64,000 nucleotides of DNA from Tubiluchus corallicola (lineage: Eukaryota > Animalia > Priapulida). Within the stretch, counting starts at the first letter, position 1. Every line of letters begins with the position of its first letter. Of the stretch, positions 56,748 through 64,000 are shown piece by piece. The position numbers were made by a program, and so were the translations under genes. The stretch lies in contig JAQGDQ010000344.1 in NCBI GenBank assembly GCA_030141605.1, positions 188,826 to 252,825 on the forward strand, written 5' to 3'. The notes below the pieces were generated by a model that ran no database searches, was not told where the DNA came from, and saw only the letters and a program-made list of their open reading frames with translations.

Positions 56748-57289
56748 TTAAAAGTACACCCCAGTACAAAGCAACCATTCCATGAATTTGTATATATCAT
56801 CAAAATTACCGTTCAAATCTCGAAAGTCACAATTCTCAACATTACGTAATTTACGTGCCAATTCTGTTCTTTTACAATTCAAAATTAAATGTTCTTCATC
56901 CACAATTAGTAACATAGAATTATAAAACTCACATAATCTATCCTCTCTATGTTGCCAACGACCTTTTTCGATACCTAAATCGTGTGATATTAATTGCAAA
57001 CGTACAATATAAAAACATCAGTAAACAATTTTCTCTCATTGTAAAACCCTGACACTAAATCTGGATTAATATTTACATAGTACATGTATTTTGACTTTGC
57101 TAGAGAAGTCCGTAAACGTATGCAATTCTCTAAATCTTCTTTTCCCATTCGCTTTCTGTTAGCTGCAGTTCCGCATTTATCGGCAAGAGATTTATAATAG
57201 ATTACATATTTACAGTTGCCCTGAGATAGGCAATCTAAGATGAACCCTTGTAGCCAATCTTCACTATACCGTTTCATGATCCTATTCAT
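56748..57289 (-). mobile_element. LINE ORF2 C-terminal remnant (zinc-knuckle region)
   Basis: LGIEKGRWQHREDRLCEF...DEEHLILNC resembles the IE.GR....R.C..C....DE.H....C tail of non-LTR ORF2; frameshifted. Confidence 0.65.
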
Positions 57290-57840
57290 TAAAATTTCAG
57301 CACGATTAAAAAGCTAATTACAGAATGCGTAACTTGTATTATTGTAGAATTCACTCTGTCTATGTAAAATTGTATAATGTTTGTACAAAAAATGTTGCCT
57401 GCAGAAAGAGACTAATGAAGACTTATCATCATCAACAACGCAGTCTCTGATGTTTACATCCTTTTGTAATCAAGTCCTTGTAATAATTTAAAACACATTA
57501 TTTTTAAAAAATTTAGGTTTTTAGGACAAATGTAAAATTAGTTGCACTGTCATAAAACTCCTATGCACATTTGCTGTATTTTTTTTAATGACAGTAATTG
57601 ATTCATATTGGTTATTTTGCACACTGTTCAGTTAAGATTGACTACAAATATGACAGATTTTTAGTTGAGTTACCAATTATTAAATCATACTAATATATTA
57701 AGTTCCACACATTCCTCCAAAACGCGGAATACTCATAATAACAATGATTTGCAATATACCTGATCACAGCTGCAATCTTCTTGCGAAATTAATTGTTCTC
57801 TGTTCCCAATATACATGAATCGGAAAAGTGAGAACCGAAA

Positions 57841-57901
57841 TATTATTATTATCATCATCATCATCGTCGTCGTCGTCGCCGTCATCATCATCATCACCAC
57901 C

Positions 57902-57935
<34 letters not shown>

Positions 57936-57956
57936 TCACCACCACCATCATCATCA

Positions 57957-58017
<61 letters not shown>

Positions 58018-58030
58018 TATCATTATTGTA
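57841..58030. repeat. (CAT)/(CGT)/(CAC) microsatellite
   Basis: Direct reading. Confidence 0.9.
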
Positions 58031-59180
58031 CCATGACTCGATGATATTATGCACTGGTATTGGCTCCTTTCTCTGCAAGGCATCGCAGTGTTAACCCTGT
58101 TACAAAGTAAAATGTCATAAAATGTATTTATTTCTAATCAAAATTTTAGTTGACAATGTTTCTGATATGGCGAGTTTCTGATCTAGAAACTGAGGATTTT
58201 GCAAAAAGTAGTTACAGAATTAAACTTTGAAACGATATCACACATTTGTCTCTTCTCTGAACGTCATAATTTTGATTTTATTAATTGCGCATTGCTTGAT
58301 TGCCTTCACAGCAAATTGTAACATTTCTACCAGTGACCTGCGCTAATGCTAAATCTCAATAACGAATCTCTATGAATTTCAAGAAGATTTTGCAATTCCT
58401 TAAAGGAAAGACGGACGATTGACTATACTCAATCTCATTTTAATTTACTGTCCTAAATATACATTTTCCTGTCTATGTATATAGTCTATAAAGTTAGCAA
58501 TTGTTTCTAGTATTTGAATAATTAACAGCAACTAAACACAGCTACTGCTTACGTCACAAACTAACCACAGTTTGTGCGATGGTAGACGTCTTTTTTGTGT
58601 GCCAAGCACGTTTGCGCAAGCGAAGATTGCTATAAGACGCTCTAAGATGTCACACTGACGTCACAGACGAACACAGCAGTTCATTATCATGCTGATCACG
58701 GTACCGCGCCTATTTATCGGTCACGCGAATGTGACAAAAAGGCCCCTGCAAATCTTAGTGGACTCGCTGAGCCGCACATGGCTTTGAAAGTTTAAAAAAC
58801 TTTACCAACAAGGTAATTATTAGTTAATCTAAGGTTTGATTTCAAAAGAAACTATTGTAACTTTTAATATTTTAGATCATACTTTATTTTGAACTAATGC
58901 CTACATAGCCGCCCCGCCCAGTATAGTATGCAGTTAAACCTTGAGCATTAACTTATATGTTATATTATTATGATCCTATAATATTTGTAGTTTATATTTA
59001 TTGGACAAGGCAGTTTGGAGTGCTTCTGGGAACGTGTGAACGCTTAATGATTAAGCTAGACAGATAATGTGGTACTTGAGTGGATGCTGCAGCACTCAAG
59101 ATGAAGTTCATGATTGAGAGGAGTAGCTGCGATAAAATTACTCCGATTTCATTAGCCTACAATGTGCTGGTGGGAAATAT

Positions 59181-59183
<3 letters not shown>

Positions 59184-59235
<52 letters not shown>

Positions 59236-59250
59236 GCACGCACGCACACA

Positions 59251-59294
<44 letters not shown>

Positions 59295-59422
59295 CACACA
59301 CACTTCCTTTCTTCTCTCTCGCCCTTTCTCTTTCTCTTCCCCCTCTCTCCTCTCGCTTTCTCTCCCTCATTCTACTTCTCTTTTTCTATCTCTCTCTACT
59401 TTCTCTCTTTCCCTCTCGCTTC

Positions 59423-59467
<45 letters not shown>

Positions 59468-59519
59468 TCTCTCCCTCCCTCTCCCTCTCGTTTTCTTTCT
59501 ATCTTTCTTTCTACATCTA

Positions 59520-59520
<1 letters not shown>
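59184..59520. repeat. (CA)n/(CACG)n and CT-rich microsatellite
   Basis: Direct reading. Confidence 0.9.
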
Positions 59521-62146
<2,626 letters not shown>

Positions 62147-62160
62147 TCTCTCTCTCTATT

Positions 62161-62241
<81 letters not shown>

Positions 62242-62592
62242 CTTCCCCTTCTTTCCTGCCGAATAACATTATCTATGAGATTACATGTGTGTTACGGTTG
62301 CTTCATCTGTCATTTTCAGCACTGCCTGCATTTATCACGTATTACTCGATAACAGCTCTCAAGGCTGACTAAAGGGGAGCAACTCAGTCAATAATAAAAA
62401 CATCACATTGATAAAACTTGACATCATTTGGCTGGCAGTCCACTTCTGAACTGTCGAAACAGCTAGAATCTCACCTAGGCATCAGCTTTTTACTAAGTTG
62501 TTGTTGCCGCCATCATCATCATCATCATTGCCGTCATTGTCGACATTATTACTATAATAATCATCATCAAATTATTATAATTTTTTTCGTCG

Positions 62593-62623
<31 letters not shown>

Positions 62624-63353
62624 GATCATTATTATAAACAGTCATAATGAACATCACATCACAAATGACATCAACATTTGCATTTTTTTAAACAACTTTT
62701 TTCTCGTTTTTAGTTTGTGTGTTTCTATGTGTTTCTATGTATCATGCCAACAACCCATTTTTTAATTTACCTACAGTTACTGCACTTCAGTCCTCAAATA
62801 ACATTCATTTTATACTAATCTACACTTTAAACTACTAAAAATACCACACCATACGCACGCACAAAAATGAAAAAAAAATTAAATCATTTTTATCTCCCGC
62901 CAAGCGAACCTCGCTGTGGTCGTATTTTAAAAAATGATGTAAGCTGATGAACACCACGAAGGCACGCGTAACGAAACTTCTGCAGTTCAGCTCAGAAGTT
63001 CCTCTATTTTAGTTGATTAAATCTTTGTGTTTAACGGTGTTTATGTAAAATCTATTCATAGGATCAATTAGCAACAACTTTAAAGTACTTACATAGTTTA
63101 ATCCATAGGATTATATCTCAAAATTCGTAAGTACTACACAGTATAATTACAGATAACCATTATTAGTCTTCGAGGCTGTGAGCGTACAATAAGTACTAGG
63201 CGGCTTACTTACATATAATAACTATCTTCATATCTTGTTTTCACTGACACTGAACGAAAATTTGTTATTACGAACTTTTTTAACCTTTGCATAATGTTTT
63301 CTGAAAAGTATAAAATGTGCGACTATGAAATGTTTCAGTTCTGCTATCCTTGT

Positions 63354-63379
63354 CACTACTACTACTACTGCTACTACTT

Positions 63380-63464
<85 letters not shown>

Positions 63465-63501
63465 GACTACTACTACTGACTACTACTACTACTACTACTA
63501 G

Positions 63502-63540
<39 letters not shown>

Positions 63541-63650
63541 GGCGATGATGACGACAACCACCACCACCACCACCACCACCACTACTACTAGCACTGTCAC
63601 CACTAACACCATCACCATCACCACCACCGCCAACACCACCACCACCACTA
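63354..63650. repeat. (ACT)n/(ACC)n microsatellite
   Basis: Direct reading. Confidence 0.95.
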
Positions 63651-64000
63651 CTCCTATATTGCACGGTGACCGGATGACGTAATTTTTCGTTCAAAATGAG
63701 CGCGGCCAAGCGTGAAGTGATCGCGACTTTAAATTGATTTTACTAATTACACGACGCACTTATCACAATTTTACTGTTGAAACTTTCTAACTATTTTCTC
63801 AAATATTAAATTAAGCTCAACTTCCCGGGAGCCTTAGCTTTTCCTTCAAACATTTAACGAATGAAAGAATTTTCTATAGAGAAGTTGTGAAACTATGCTA
63901 TCTTTTGTAATTATAATTGTTCTGCTACAGCGTTCTGTGGCCGTGGGTAGCAACCTGTAGGCCTGCATATACATACAGGTTCAGAGGCAGACCACTCGAG

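Overview
AT-rich, microsatellite-rich animal genomic DNA (invertebrate, plausibly a marine lophotrochozoan; taxon is inference). Genes are spliced, so the ORF track shows only fragments; I rebuilt exons by hand from GT-AG sites and frame. Contents: (1) the 5' part of a minus-strand secreted protein with signal peptide, Ser/Thr-rich stalk and CUB domain that runs off the window. (2) A 6-exon plus-strand astacin metalloprotease (257 aa). (3) Inside its 13 kb last intron, an intact antisense 9-exon gene for signal peptide-PAN/Apple-FReD-FReD (507 aa). (4) A ~14-15 kb tandem duplication with its junction at ~26020-26030, which made a second PAN-FReD-FReD gene (1-bp frameshift, duplicated exon 2, strongly diverged ligand-binding exon) and an orphan, disrupted astacin last exon. 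(5) A GT11 alpha-1,2-fucosyltransferase with an intronless CDS. (6) Many transposon relics: hAT, piggyBac-, Kolobok-, Harbinger- and CACTA-like MITEs, a SINE, LINE fragments, Penelope-type hammerhead relics and a minisatellite built from a reverse-transcriptase active-site segment.
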